Of a stretch of 64,000 nt of DNA, positions 9,657-19,852 are shown in pieces. A program made the translations under genes and the position numbers. The notes beneath the pieces are model-generated. The model did no database searches and was not told where the DNA came from. It saw only the letters and a list, made by a program, of their open reading frames with translations. This DNA is from an uncultured Acidobacteriota bacterium (GTDB taxonomy: Bacteria > Acidobacteriota > Blastocatellia > RBC074). Numbering within the stretch: position 1 is the first letter of the stretch; each line of letters opens with the position of its first letter. Location: contig CAWCKY010000004.1 of assembly GCA_963796275.1 (NCBI GenBank), positions 800,001 to 864,000 on the forward strand, given 5' to 3'.

Positions 9657-11450
9657 ATGCATTTCATCTCCGTATCCGTATTTATTCTCTCCTTTCTTAC
9701 TTCACCTCTCATATTTTCCTCAACGACTCAAGCGCAGGTTGCCGATACGAAGACTCAAACAGTAAAACAACAAAGCGAAGCGGATCGAAAGAAAGAGTTG
9801 GAAAAGAAGGCTCTCGTTTTGCTCGATCAACTGGTCGCGGAATCCGCCTCGTTTACATTGGCTGAAAACCGCCTCGCGGTTCTGCTGGAAGCATCTCAGA
9901 TGTTCTGGTCACGTGATGAGGCGCGCGCGCGCAAGCTTCTGGATGAATTGAAGGAACAGATAGTCACCACCTATGCTCAACCGCCATCCGTTATCGTAAA
10001 TGGTTTCCGCATGAAAATTTTGGACTGGCTGGGCTCGAAAAACGCCGAACTTGCGCTCGATTTCCTGCGCTCGACGCGGGCACCTTCCAATAATGAAAGG
10101 TACAAAGGCTATGTTCAGGATGACAGGCAGGTGGAGTCGCGACTCGCATCGACAGTTGCGGCGAGTAACCCGCAACTGGCTTATCAGCTGGCAGAAGAGT
10201 TTCTCAAAACGGATTCACCGAGCCAGGTCGTCGATATTTGGAGAAATCTGCGCGGGAGCAACCCGGAACTCGGCAAGAAATTGGCGAATGAGATGATAGC
10301 CGGGCTCAAGTCGGGGGATCTCCTGAACAACAGCGAACACTTCTCTCTTGCTATAAATCTGCTCTATCAGATTAAGGAGACAACTTATAGCCCCGTTATT
10401 TCAAAAGCTGACCGGAAAGGATCATCCGGTATATCTCAAGGGAGTATAGAGTGGGAACGACAGGCATATCGGGATTTGTTGGATATGATTGCCGCTGTCT
10501 TCGTGAAATTCATGTCGGAAAAATCGAGCGGTTCCGCTGAATCAGATCGAGTACCAGGTCACCAGGTGCTGCTGCATATTAACGACTTAATGCCCGAGAT
10601 CGAGAGCCAACATCCCGCGCGGGCTGCTGCTTTGCGGGAGAAAATGGCCCCGCTTGAAAAGATATTACCGATATTCCTTCTGGCCAGATTCTCGGATTTT
10701 GACCGGCAGATCAAGGAGATGGACGGCAAGTCCGTGAAGGAGCTGCTGAATATGGCTTCAGCGGTACCTCCGCAGTTGGAACTATCGGTCTACACCCAGG
10801 CAATCGCGAAAGCATCGGAGGCGGGTGATATTGAGACTGCGCGGAAGATAGTCAATGAATATGGGAAATCCAATCCGTACCTCAAGGAAATTCTCAATCG
10901 GATTGAGAGCCAGTCCGCCGTCAGGAGCGCAAGCGAAGGGAGATACGACGAAGCGAAGCGGACCCTATCGAATCTGGATTCTGATGTAGATAAGGTATCG
11001 TTTCTCGTCCAACTCGCCTCCGGCGCTCTCAGCAACAAAGATGAAAAGGCAGCTCGCGGATTTCTGGAGGAAGCCAGTACGATATCGAGTGACAGGACGA
11101 ATAAACAGCTCTCTGCGCAGATAGAAATCGCCGGCGGTTATCGGGAACTCGATCTAAATCGCAGCTTTGAGATAATGGAAGCCGCAATCGACAGGCTTAA
11201 TCAGGTCTCTGCGGCAGCGCAGGAGTTCTTCGCATTCACCACAGACGGCAACAATGAGACATCGATAATAGCCGGTCCAATGCTAGAACCATTCTCTCCG
11301 GTTGCCCGGGAGCTCGCGCAACTTGCCCGCAAAGACTTCGATCGCGCCACCGGCATACTCAAAAGAACGCAAACGGCTGAGATGAGAGTGAGCCTGGGAC
11401 TCTATCTTCTTTCCAATATTCTCAGCGACCAGAGCGAAATGCGGCACTAA
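9657..11450 (+). CDS. Secreted all-helical (TPR/solenoid-like) hypothetical protein
   Basis: GAGGAG RBS, signal peptide, repeated amphipathic Ala/Leu helices. Confidence 0.7.
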   Translation: MHFISVSVFILSFLTSPLIFSSTTQAQVADTKTQTVKQQSEADRKKELEKKALVLLDQLVAESASFTLAENRLAVLLEASQMFWSRDEARARKLLDELKEQIVTTYAQPPSVIVNGFRMKILDWLGSKNAELALDFLRSTRAPSNNERYKGYVQDDRQVESRLASTVAASNPQLAYQLAEEFLKTDSPSQVVDIWRNLRGSNPELGKKLANEMIAGLKSGDLLNNSEHFSLAINLLYQIKETTYSPVISKADRKGSSGISQGSIEWERQAYRDLLDMIAAVFVKFMSEKSSGSAESDRVPGHQVLLHINDLMPEIESQHPARAAALREKMAPLEKILPIFLLARFSDFDRQIKEMDGKSVKELLNMASAVPPQLELSVYTQAIAKASEAGDIETARKIVNEYGKSNPYLKEILNRIESQSAVRSASEGRYDEAKRTLSNLDSDVDKVSFLVQLASGALSNKDEKAARGFLEEASTISSDRTNKQLSAQIEIAGGYRELDLNRSFEIMEAAIDRLNQVSAAAQEFFAFTTDGNNETSIIAGPMLEPFSPVARELAQLARKDFDRATGILKRTQTAEMRVSLGLYLLSNILSDQSEMRH

Positions 11451-11507
11451 ACCAGAACACGGGACATCGGTAAATTGCCCTCGTTCAGGCCCCGATCATG
11501 TGATCGT

Positions 11508-12461
11508 TTATTCCTCGCGTTCGGCAAGGCTAGCTGCTTCTGCGGCGACTGCGCGCAAGGCATCGCGTAACTCTTTCGGCCGGCGGATGATGAACGGACA
11601 CTCGAGAAAGAGTAGATTTCGCGCTACCGCATCGAGCCGCTCGGTCTGGCTGCGAATTACCACGCCTTTCGCCGTTTGCTCGAAGACCGCGCTCCCCGGC
11701 GGAATGCACCGGCGCGCATTCTCCATCGTCGTCTCCAGGAGCACCTCGATGGGGTAGCCCCACTGAACAGTCGCGAATGATTCAAGCAAATACTGAAGGC
11801 AGTCGAATGTCTCGGGTCGTGTAAATGTCGTCTCTTCAACCACGGCGTCCAAAATTCGATCAAGCCGAAAAACGCGCATCGCCTGGCGCAAATGGCACCA
11901 GCCGACCAGGTACCAGTGGTTCCAGTGCAACACGAGACCGTATGAATCGACGCCCCGCTCGGTCTCCTCGCGATATGATTGGTAACGCAATCGCACGCGA
12001 CGCCGCTGTCGGACAGCCATACTGAGCAGCATCACCATCTCGCCCGAAGGTTGGGGCGTGGCCGGCGCGGATATAAATGCGACCGACGACTGTACCGCTT
12101 GGAGCCGCTGGCGCAGGCCATCCGGCAGCACCCGCTCAATCTTGGCGAGCGCGCCCTCGATCGTATGCGGGTCGGCCGGCCCACCCTGTCGCCGCGCGGA
12201 GATCAGGCTGAGCAGTATCGCCAGCGCTTCGTCATCTGTCAGCATCAGAGGCGGAAGCTTGAACCCGGGCCGCAGACGATATCCACCCGCTAGCCCGCGC
12301 GTACCTTCAATCGGTATGCCCAGATCCTGGAGCATCGTTATGTATCGCCGCACAGTTCGCCGATCGACCTCCAGCCGCTCGGCAAGTTCAGCGCCGCTGA
12401 GACTCCCGCGAGCCTGCAAAAGCTCCAGTATCGTCAAGACACGCGTCGTCGGATAATACAT
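11508..12461 (-). CDS. YafY-family HTH-WYL transcriptional regulator
   Basis: HTH ELAERLEVDRRTVRRYI, GGYRL, LPPLM, HWYLVGWC..R...R.FRLDRI. Confidence 0.92.
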   Translation of the reverse strand: MYYPTTRVLTILELLQARGSLSGAELAERLEVDRRTVRRYITMLQDLGIPIEGTRGLAGGYRLRPGFKLPPLMLTDDEALAILLSLISARRQGGPADPHTIEGALAKIERVLPDGLRQRLQAVQSSVAFISAPATPQPSGEMVMLLSMAVRQRRRVRLRYQSYREETERGVDSYGLVLHWNHWYLVGWCHLRQAMRVFRLDRILDAVVEETTFTRPETFDCLQYLLESFATVQWGYPIEVLLETTMENARRCIPPGSAVFEQTAKGVVIRSQTERLDAVARNLLFLECPFIIRRPKELRDALRAVAAEAASLAEREE

Positions 12462-12533
12462 TGGAAATCAGTTTTTTTCAGTTTTCAGTTTTCAGGGAAC
12501 CTGGATACGGAACCTGGAAACTGTTTTATTGAA

Positions 12534-12552
12534 TAGGGCGGATTGTATCCTA
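12534..12552. promoter_or_regulatory. Candidate WYL-regulator operator TAGGGC-N7-ATCCTA
   Basis: Imperfect palindrome between the divergent yafY-like and dinB-like genes. Confidence 0.5.
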
Positions 12553-12670
12553 ATCACACTTTAAACTGCGATCTATGATGGGAATAGATACCAGTTTTCA
12601 GTTTTCAGTTTCCGATCAAGACCATCTAACTGAAAACTGAAAACTGAAAACTTTCTTCTGAGGAGATCAT

Positions 12671-13168
12671 ATGAAACTCACAGACCTTTTTTTAGCGGAA
12701 CTTGAACAAGAAGCAGCAGTGACGCGCCGGACTTTGGAGCGGGTGCCGGATGGGCGTTATGACTGGAGACCGCACGAGAAATCGATGACGCTCGGCTATC
12801 TGGCAGAGCTCGTCGCGAGGCTTCCTTCGTGGCCCGTCTTTATGATCAAACAGGATGAGTTCGATTTGACAACAGACAAACCGCAACCGCTCCGCACAAG
12901 CCGCGAACTGGTGCAGGCGCTCGACGAAGGCGTCGCAGCGACGCGCGAGGCTCTCGCAAACACTACCGACGAACATTTATTGAAACCCTGGCGTCTGCTT
13001 ATCGCCGGCCGTGTGGTATCGGAGGAGCCGCGGTACATCGCGCTTCGCCACGGCGTATTCAATCACCTGGCGCATCACCGCGGGCAATTGACCGTTTATC
13101 TGCGCCTCAATGACGCGCCAGTGCCGTCGATCTACGGACCGTCCGCGGACGAAAGAAGTTTCGATTAA
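12671..13168 (+). CDS. DinB/YfiT family protein
   Basis: W.PHEKSMTLG.LA; NH..HHRGQLTVYLRL..P.IYGPSADE; AGGAG RBS. Confidence 0.9.
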   Translation: MKLTDLFLAELEQEAAVTRRTLERVPDGRYDWRPHEKSMTLGYLAELVARLPSWPVFMIKQDEFDLTTDKPQPLRTSRELVQALDEGVAATREALANTTDEHLLKPWRLLIAGRVVSEEPRYIALRHGVFNHLAHHRGQLTVYLRLNDAPVPSIYGPSADERSFD

Positions 13169-13572
13169 CGGGGGCAACGGTGACGGTGAGCGATGCGGTA
13201 CGGAAAGCGTTAGCGACTCGAACCTCGGCAAGTGGCCGATCGATCGATGCCCAGGTCGCTAATGCTCCTCCGCACTGCACTGCACCCATTCGATCTCGAA
13301 TACTCAGCCCGCTCACGCCCCTACCGCACAGCACCATGCGCAAGATAAGGCTCCTAATCTCAGCTAGTCGATACGGCTGGAACGATGATCATCGTTCTTA
13401 AGTTGGAACCTGTCATGCGACGCTTCGCCGCGCATCTATACTTCAGCCATGCGGCGGGCGACTGCATTTGAGAAACACGTCGCACACAATCGTCGCACAA
13501 TAATAGGCGCCTGAGGCGCATTTGCTTCAGGTAACAGAGCAGGTGTGGAGTTTTCAGCCATGGAGGTAAAGT

Positions 13573-14157
13573 ATGAAGATTGTGTTTTCACTACTCATCA
13601 TTTTCTCTGCAGCAGTATTGGCACGGGCGCAGGAGAGCACCAAGGTTGAGGTATTCGGCGGATACTCATATTTACGAGCTGATTGGGATTTAGGTGCAGA
13701 CAGGGATTTGCGTGGATGGAACGCATCGATTAACTATAGCCTCAACAAGATACTGGGAGTGAAGGCCGATTTCAGCGGCCATAACACCGATGGTGCAATT
13801 CAATTCGATCCTTTTTCCGACCGATCGACTACCGTTGAAACAAGTAACTTTACTTTCTTGTTTGGACCTCAATTTTCATATCGCAAGAACGAAAAAGTCA
13901 CCCCATTCGCCCACGTACTACTGGGCGGATCCAGAAACAAGGTCTTCTCGGGGCCAATCGATATACCTGGCATTCCGGTATTCAACTTCGATACAACCGA
14001 CATTGCATTCACCGCAGCATTTGGCGGCGGATTGGATATCAAACTGACAAATAGAATGGCCTTCCGCCTGGTTCAGGCTGACTATTTGCTCTCGCGATTT
14101 AGCGGATGGACACAAAATAACCTGAGAGTCGGGACAGGGCTGGTGATCAAATTCTGA
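13573..14157 (+). CDS. Outer-membrane beta-barrel protein
   Basis: Signal peptide, EVFGGYSY, FLFGP, PFAH.L.G, GGGLD, terminal Phe. Confidence 0.85.
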   Translation: MKIVFSLLIIFSAAVLARAQESTKVEVFGGYSYLRADWDLGADRDLRGWNASINYSLNKILGVKADFSGHNTDGAIQFDPFSDRSTTVETSNFTFLFGPQFSYRKNEKVTPFAHVLLGGSRNKVFSGPIDIPGIPVFNFDTTDIAFTAAFGGGLDIKLTNRMAFRLVQADYLLSRFSGWTQNNLRVGTGLVIKF

Positions 14158-14314
14158 AGTTAGAAGGCGGATTATTTGACTCAGCTGCGGAGGATTTTCG
14201 CGAACCATTTTAAAGCGCGGCCGAGCCATCAAAGCTCGGCCGCCCTCGTAAGAAGCCGGGCACATGTCGAGCGGGACGGTTTCGACATGTTCTGACATCA
14301 TGGATCGGATGGAG

Positions 14315-14700
14315 CTATTCGCATCGAAGCGCGACCACGGATCCAGCTTCGCAGCCCTGCGCGCCGGGAGATAGCCACCCAGCAGCGCCACGCAGCCCAG
14401 GAGCAGGTTCGCCGCGATGAACGCCAGGGACCACTTGCCTTGACCTCGAACAACAGCGATTCCGTCGCCCGGCCAAGGGCAAAGGCCAGTGGAATTCCAA
14501 CGAGCAGCCCGGCCAGAGCGAGCAGCATCACCTCTCGCAAGATCAGCCAGGCCACGCTGAACTGAGTGGCTCCGAGAGCAATTCGGATTCCGATCTCGCG
14601 GATTCGGCGCGCCACGCTGTAAGCCATCACACCCATACAACCCGATCGCCGCCAGCGCTGCCGCCATCAATCCCATGGTCCGCTGGCGAAAACGCAGCAC
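14315..14700 (-). pseudogene. C-terminal remnant of an ADOP/FtsX ABC permease with several frameshifts
   Basis: Pieces LAAIGLYG / VMAYSVARRIREIGIRIALGA / YLPARRAAKLDP / VALRCE* lie in different frames. Confidence 0.8.
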
Positions 14701-14806
14701 GCTGGAGACTGAGCTGGACTTTTATTACCATGGCAAGCCCAACTACCGATGGGACATCAATGACCACGGTTCTGCGAAATGGCAGACCAACATAAAGGAG
14801 TTATAC

Positions 14807-15718
14807 ATGAAAGCAGTTCAATTCAATGAATATGGCGGCCCCGAAGTGTTGCGGGTGGTTGAAGCCGACCAACCGCATGCTGGCCCCGGCCAGGTCCGGA
14901 TCGCAGTCCGGGCCGCGGGCGTTAACCCTGCGGATTGGAAGCTCCGGGCTGGATACTTCCGCGAGCACATGCCCGTTTCTTTCCCCTCGGGCATAGGCTT
15001 CGAGGCGTCCGGCGTGGTGGACGAAGTCGGGGAAGGTGTTACGGGCGTGTCAGTCGGAGATGCCGTCTTCGGATATGGCATCAACACGGTGGCGCAATTC
15101 GCTGTTCTCACGAGCTGGGCTCATAAGCCCGACGATCTCTCGTTCGAAGAAGCAGGCGGCTACCCATTGGTTGTCGAGTCGGCGACGCGCGCCCTGGGGC
15201 AGGTCAGTCCGAAATCCGGTGAGACAATTCTGGTGCATGGAGCGGCTGGTGGTGTCGGTACTGCCGCAATTCAGTTCGCGCGCCATAGCGGGATTACCGT
15301 GATCGGTACCGCGAGCGAGCCGAAGCATGACTATCTGCGATCGCTCGGCGCGATTCCGACCACATACGGACCGGGCCTCGTCGAGCGAATTAAGAAACTG
15401 GCTCCCAACGGGGTGAATGCGGCCCTCGACTTCGCTGGGTCGGGCGTCATTCCCGAGTTGATCGAGTTGGTCGGTGATCCTTCCCGAGTTGTCACCATCG
15501 CGGATGTCAACGCACCGCAACAATACGGCGTGCAGGGTTCCTTCATGGGAATTCAGAAGAATCCGGGACTGGTCTTCGCCGAAGCGGCTAGGCTTCATTC
15601 CCAGGGGGCTTTCCGCATGCCCATTGAGAAGACTTTCCCCTTCGAAAAAACGGCAGAGGCGCAGAAGCGCAGCGAGGCGGGTCGCGTTACAGGCAAGCTT
15701 GTGATCACAGTCGCGTAA
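14807..15718 (+). CDS. NADP-dependent oxidoreductase (MDR / quinone oxidoreductase family)
   Basis: AAGGAG RBS then MKAVQF..YGGPEVL; AAGVNPAD, HGAAGGVG, GKLVI. Confidence 0.9.
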   Translation: MKAVQFNEYGGPEVLRVVEADQPHAGPGQVRIAVRAAGVNPADWKLRAGYFREHMPVSFPSGIGFEASGVVDEVGEGVTGVSVGDAVFGYGINTVAQFAVLTSWAHKPDDLSFEEAGGYPLVVESATRALGQVSPKSGETILVHGAAGGVGTAAIQFARHSGITVIGTASEPKHDYLRSLGAIPTTYGPGLVERIKKLAPNGVNAALDFAGSGVIPELIELVGDPSRVVTIADVNAPQQYGVQGSFMGIQKNPGLVFAEAARLHSQGAFRMPIEKTFPFEKTAEAQKRSEAGRVTGKLVITVA

Positions 15719-15850
15719 AATCTCGTGCCAGAAAAACCTCCATTTAGCCCATTATATGTAGAGGAGTTGCACGTCCCCATCAACCTTGGTGGCAGTGCCA
15801 TGTTCGGTAGCGGGAATAGTGAATCTCAAAACCGGACAGAAGAAGCTCCG

Positions 15851-16624
15851 TCACGCTGACCTTTGGTAGGTTCGGAATGCTCCTGTTGCCAACCAGCCGC
15901 TGACCACTGCAAACGCCAGCAGACCGCCTATGCGGAGGAGCACGAAACCCCAATCCGCGTCAGCGCTCAGAGCTTCGCGCGCCGCTTCCACGCTCCAGTT
16001 GACCGGGTTGAAACGAGACACGGCGCGAATCCAATCGGGCATCACGTTTTTGGCCATAAAAACGGGCGACAGAAACAGGAGCGGCATGAGGATGAAGTTC
16101 GAGGCGCCGATGACCGATTCATGTCTGCGAACAGCGAGCGCCAGCGCATTGGACAGGGCCGCGAAAGGAGCGCCCAACAACATTGCGCAGACTAGCAAGA
16201 CAATAATGCCTGTGATACCGCCATCGAAGCGAGCGCCCGACAAGTAACCGAGCACAATCAGAATGAACGATTGAACGACGGTTGCGACCGACATAGAAAG
16301 AATTCGGCCGATGATGATCGCAGCTCTGTTCATCGGCGAAACGAGCAGACGATCCATCACCCCTTGATTCATATCAAGAATTACGCCCATTCCACTCCAG
16401 CCTCCGGCAAACAAGGCCGACATAATGACAACGCCGGGCGTGACGAAACTGATGTACGAGCCGGCGTTGAAGCCGGGCAGCTCGACTACTCGTTTGAATA
16501 ATTGGCCGTAAAGCATCAGCCAAACGATCGGCTGCACCAGTGAGATCGCGATCCACCACGGCTGTCGCAACAAATTGCGCAGCAGCCGCTGCGTCATAAA
16601 CAGAGAGTGAGTCAAAGTAGTCAT
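15851..16624 (-). CDS. ABC-2 type exporter permease
   Basis: Six hydrophobic segments, Y..F.TPG, NP..W.V. Confidence 0.88.
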   Translation of the reverse strand: MTTLTHSLFMTQRLLRNLLRQPWWIAISLVQPIVWLMLYGQLFKRVVELPGFNAGSYISFVTPGVVIMSALFAGGWSGMGVILDMNQGVMDRLLVSPMNRAAIIIGRILSMSVATVVQSFILIVLGYLSGARFDGGITGIIVLLVCAMLLGAPFAALSNALALAVRRHESVIGASNFILMPLLFLSPVFMAKNVMPDWIRAVSRFNPVNWSVEAAREALSADADWGFVLLRIGGLLAFAVVSGWLATGAFRTYQRSA

Positions 16625-17655
16625 CGTGATCCTTTCTGATTGTTCTGCTCGGCTTCGCTGAAGGTTCGGCCGGTGTAGCGAAGATAGACATCATCCAATG
16701 AAGGGCGCGCGACCTTGACCGAAGCGACCTTCAGCCCTTTAGATTCGAGTGCGGCCAGCATTCCCGGTACAGCCGTCGCTCCCTGATTGGCGCGCGCGTG
16801 CAGCGTATGACCTTCCGCGACAATCTCACCGATGCCGTCCAGACGGCTGAGCGCATCGAGAACGACCTTTTCCGCTTCCGCATGCGCGAATTCGATGTGA
16901 ATCGCGTCGCCCATCAGTTCGCCTTTCAGTTGATCCGGCGTCCCCTCGACGACCAACTTGCCGCGATCGACGATGGCTAACCGGCCGGCCAGTTGATCGG
17001 CCTCTTCGAGGTAATGAGTAGTCAGTAGAACCGTGATGCCGTCTTCTTTCGCCAGGCGCGAGATGTCTTCCCAAAGCTCTGCGCGCGATTGCGGATCGAG
17101 CCCGGTGGTCGGCTCGTCCAGAAATAGAACGCGCGGTCGATGGATGAGCCCCATCGCGATATCGAGCTTGCGCTGCATCCCGCCGGAGTATGTGCGCGCG
17201 ACGAAATCTGCGGCATCACTCAGACGAAAATGGTCGAGTAATTCGGCCACACGATCTTTCAGTTTTTGGCCGCGCAGGCCGTGAATGCGTCCCTGCAGCG
17301 TCAGATTTTCGCGGCCAGTCGCTTCGGCGTCGACTCCGGACTTCTGGGCCACGCAGCCGATGGCGCGGCGTACGCGCTCCGGCTCGGCCAGCACGTCGAT
17401 GCCGGCGACCCGGGCAGAACCGGAATCCGGGCGCGATAATGTATTGAGGATTTTTACCGTCGTCGATTTGCCGGCCCCGTTTGGGCCCAACAAGGCGAAG
17501 ATGGCGCCGGCCTCGACTGTGAAGCTGAGACCGTCGAGCGCGCGAACCTTGCCGCCGTAGGTCTTGACGAGGTCGCGGACTTCAATAGCTGGAGCCGCCC
17601 GCCCAGTGCCTGCGTCTGCATTCGCGTTTGAAATGGGCAGTGAATCGATCATCAA
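16621..17655 (-). CDS. ABC exporter ATP-binding subunit (DrrA-like)
   Basis: GPNGAGKST, YSGGM, LDEPTTGLDP, TTHYLEEA. Confidence 0.92.
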   Translation of the reverse strand: MMIDSLPISNANADAGTGRAAPAIEVRDLVKTYGGKVRALDGLSFTVEAGAIFALLGPNGAGKSTTVKILNTLSRPDSGSARVAGIDVLAEPERVRRAIGCVAQKSGVDAEATGRENLTLQGRIHGLRGQKLKDRVAELLDHFRLSDAADFVARTYSGGMQRKLDIAMGLIHRPRVLFLDEPTTGLDPQSRAELWEDISRLAKEDGITVLLTTHYLEEADQLAGRLAIVDRGKLVVEGTPDQLKGELMGDAIHIEFAHAEAEKVVLDALSRLDGIGEIVAEGHTLHARANQGATAVPGMLAALESKGLKVASVKVARPSLDDVYLRYTGRTFSEAEQNNQKGSR

Positions 17656-18031
17656 GGTCTCCTCAGAAAATTGCCTGGAACTGAGGGCTCGGGACTTAGG
17701 ACGAGAAACACTTCTTATCCATCCCCAACCCCGCGCCCAGTCTCATGTCGTAGTAACTATGGAAACAATGGTGGAAGAGTATGAAGAGCGTGGATAAATC
17801 CGGCAAGGAGGATTCACCACAAAAACTACAAAATGGCTGCAAAAATCACATACAGAAACAGAATGAACAAATAGTCCTTCCAAATCACAAAATCCTCGAT
17901 ATCTCAGGAAAATCGAGGATTTGCGACGTAAATCCTGTCTAAACTTTGTCGATAGCGATCATGCAAGAGTTATATCGACACAGAAAAGGAACATATAAAA
18001 TTCGAGCATACGAGCGTATAAGAAAGTGCGA

Positions 18032-19578
18032 TCAGTCAATACCGCCCTCTCTCAGCTTTTTCAGCGCCTCGATCCCGCCCGTATTGTTCGGATTCAACTC
18101 GACCGATCGCGTGTAGTTTTCGACTGCCAGCTCTTTGTCGCCATTAACCGCATATGCTTCGCCCAGGCTGTCGTACACGTTGGAAGATTGCGGATAGTCT
18201 TCGACATTCAATTTGAAAACCTCGATAGCATCATTCACCCGCTTCCACGAATAAAGCAACTCGTAGCCGAGGCTGTTCATCTGGCCTTCATTGATCAACT
18301 CGCCAACGGCGCGGCCTCTGCGCCATTCGCGGTACTCGCGCAAGGCTGCCTCCGCACCTTTGGCCGCGATATTTTTGAGCAACGTGTTGCGCGGGGATTT
18401 GTATGAGTCGTAATTGAGCCATGCCAATGCCGGCTGTTCGCCGCCGACGGCTTCGGCGACGATCTCGCGAGCTATTGACAGGCCGTTGGAGCTATTTGCG
18501 AAAAAGACGATCCCCATCCTCTGCCTGGCGAATCCCACGAAATAAGCTTTGCTGTTTCCGTTATCGCCCCAATGCCAGAACGAAAGCCCATCGCCGGTTG
18601 TTTGCAACCCCCAGCCGAGTCCCCACGCCACATCAGGCACGATCTTCGCATCAGGGCGATTGATCGATACCGAGCCGCCAGCTCTAACATTCACCTGCGG
18701 CGTCAGCATCTGCTTCAGCGTCTCTTTCTTCAACCCCGTGCCCTTCATAATCGCCGCGATGAATCGCCCGTAATCTTGTGCCGTAGTATGCAGGCTCGCG
18801 GCTGCGTTGTAAGCATCTTTCGGACGCTTGTTCTGTCCGCTCGGCTCACCTTTCGAGTTGTGAGCAAATGTTTTCAGCGTATCGTAGCTCTCCTGCCAAA
18901 CGTAGCTGCTGGAGGTCATCCCCAGGGGATCGAAGACCGCCTTCTTCATAAATTCGTTGAACTTCTCTCCGGTGATGTGCTCAATGACTTTCGAAAGATA
19001 GACGAAACCTTCGCCCGAATAGCTGAAACGTTCGCCGGGTGTGAAATGAAACTTAAGCGCGCTGCCACTCGACCGCCAGTTCGGAAATCCTGGTGTATGG
19101 CTCAGCACGTGGCGAGCCGTGACCTGAACGAGTCGCGGATCATCGCCGACATCGTATGGGCCGGGCAAATACTGGGTGAGCGGCTTATCGAGATCGAATT
19201 TGCCGGTATCCGCCAATTTCAGCACGCGTAGGCAAAAACCGGCTTACTCAAACTCGCAGCCTCAAAGACCGTGGCGTCGGTGACCGGGTCTCCGGTCTGG
19301 GCATTTTTCAATCCAAAGCCGCGCTGCCAAACCAGTTCGCCATCGCGAAGCAGCGCGACTGACAATCCAGGCACGTTCGCTTCTTTCATCAACGTCGGAA
19401 GACGCGCTTCGAGCCGAGCGATAATCTGCTCCTTCTTCGCCTTTGTGTGCTGCAAAGTGGAAGATGATTTGGCGGGTTGCGATTTATCCTGGGCGAAAAT
19501 CCTAGCGACGTGCCATCCGGAACCGACCAGCCAGATTACCAATGCGATAGTCAGAAATGATGTCAGAAAAAATCTCAT
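18032..19578 (-). CDS. Serine hydrolase (class C beta-lactamase family) with C-terminal TPR, split by a 1-bp frameshift at about 19225
   Basis: Upstream piece has the signal peptide and SxxK (ASLSKP). Downstream piece has LSHT.G, FSYSG, HWG and a TPR (YDSLGEAY). One extra G would join the frames. Confidence 0.85.
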
Positions 19579-19852
19579 AAGGGGCCTCCCAAACTATTGA
19601 TAAAACCACCCAGCCCGATTCATATTCATCGGGCTTTCCCGTGGGGCAGATAGGACTGGTGAACTCAAGAGCGTGACGCCAAGGGCGCTTCAGCGTCCTT
19701 CTCATCTCGGCTTCAGCCCCGCGTGAACAAGCCAGTTAAAACGGGCTGGGTATGTATCCTTCAGGCGTCAAACGGCTGGCCTATTGCCATCCGGGAAAAC
19801 CCGGTGAACGTGAACCGGCTGCGCAGCCACAAATCTTTATTATTTTCGCTGT

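Noticed and set aside
13918-14700. 260-aa minus-strand ORF as a real gene
   Set aside because: Chimera of frameshifted ADOP remnant pieces and the antisense of the beta-barrel gene.
18032-19578. Antibiotic-resistance beta-lactamase
   Set aside because: The motifs fit the broad serine hydrolase + TPR family; resistance cannot be inferred.
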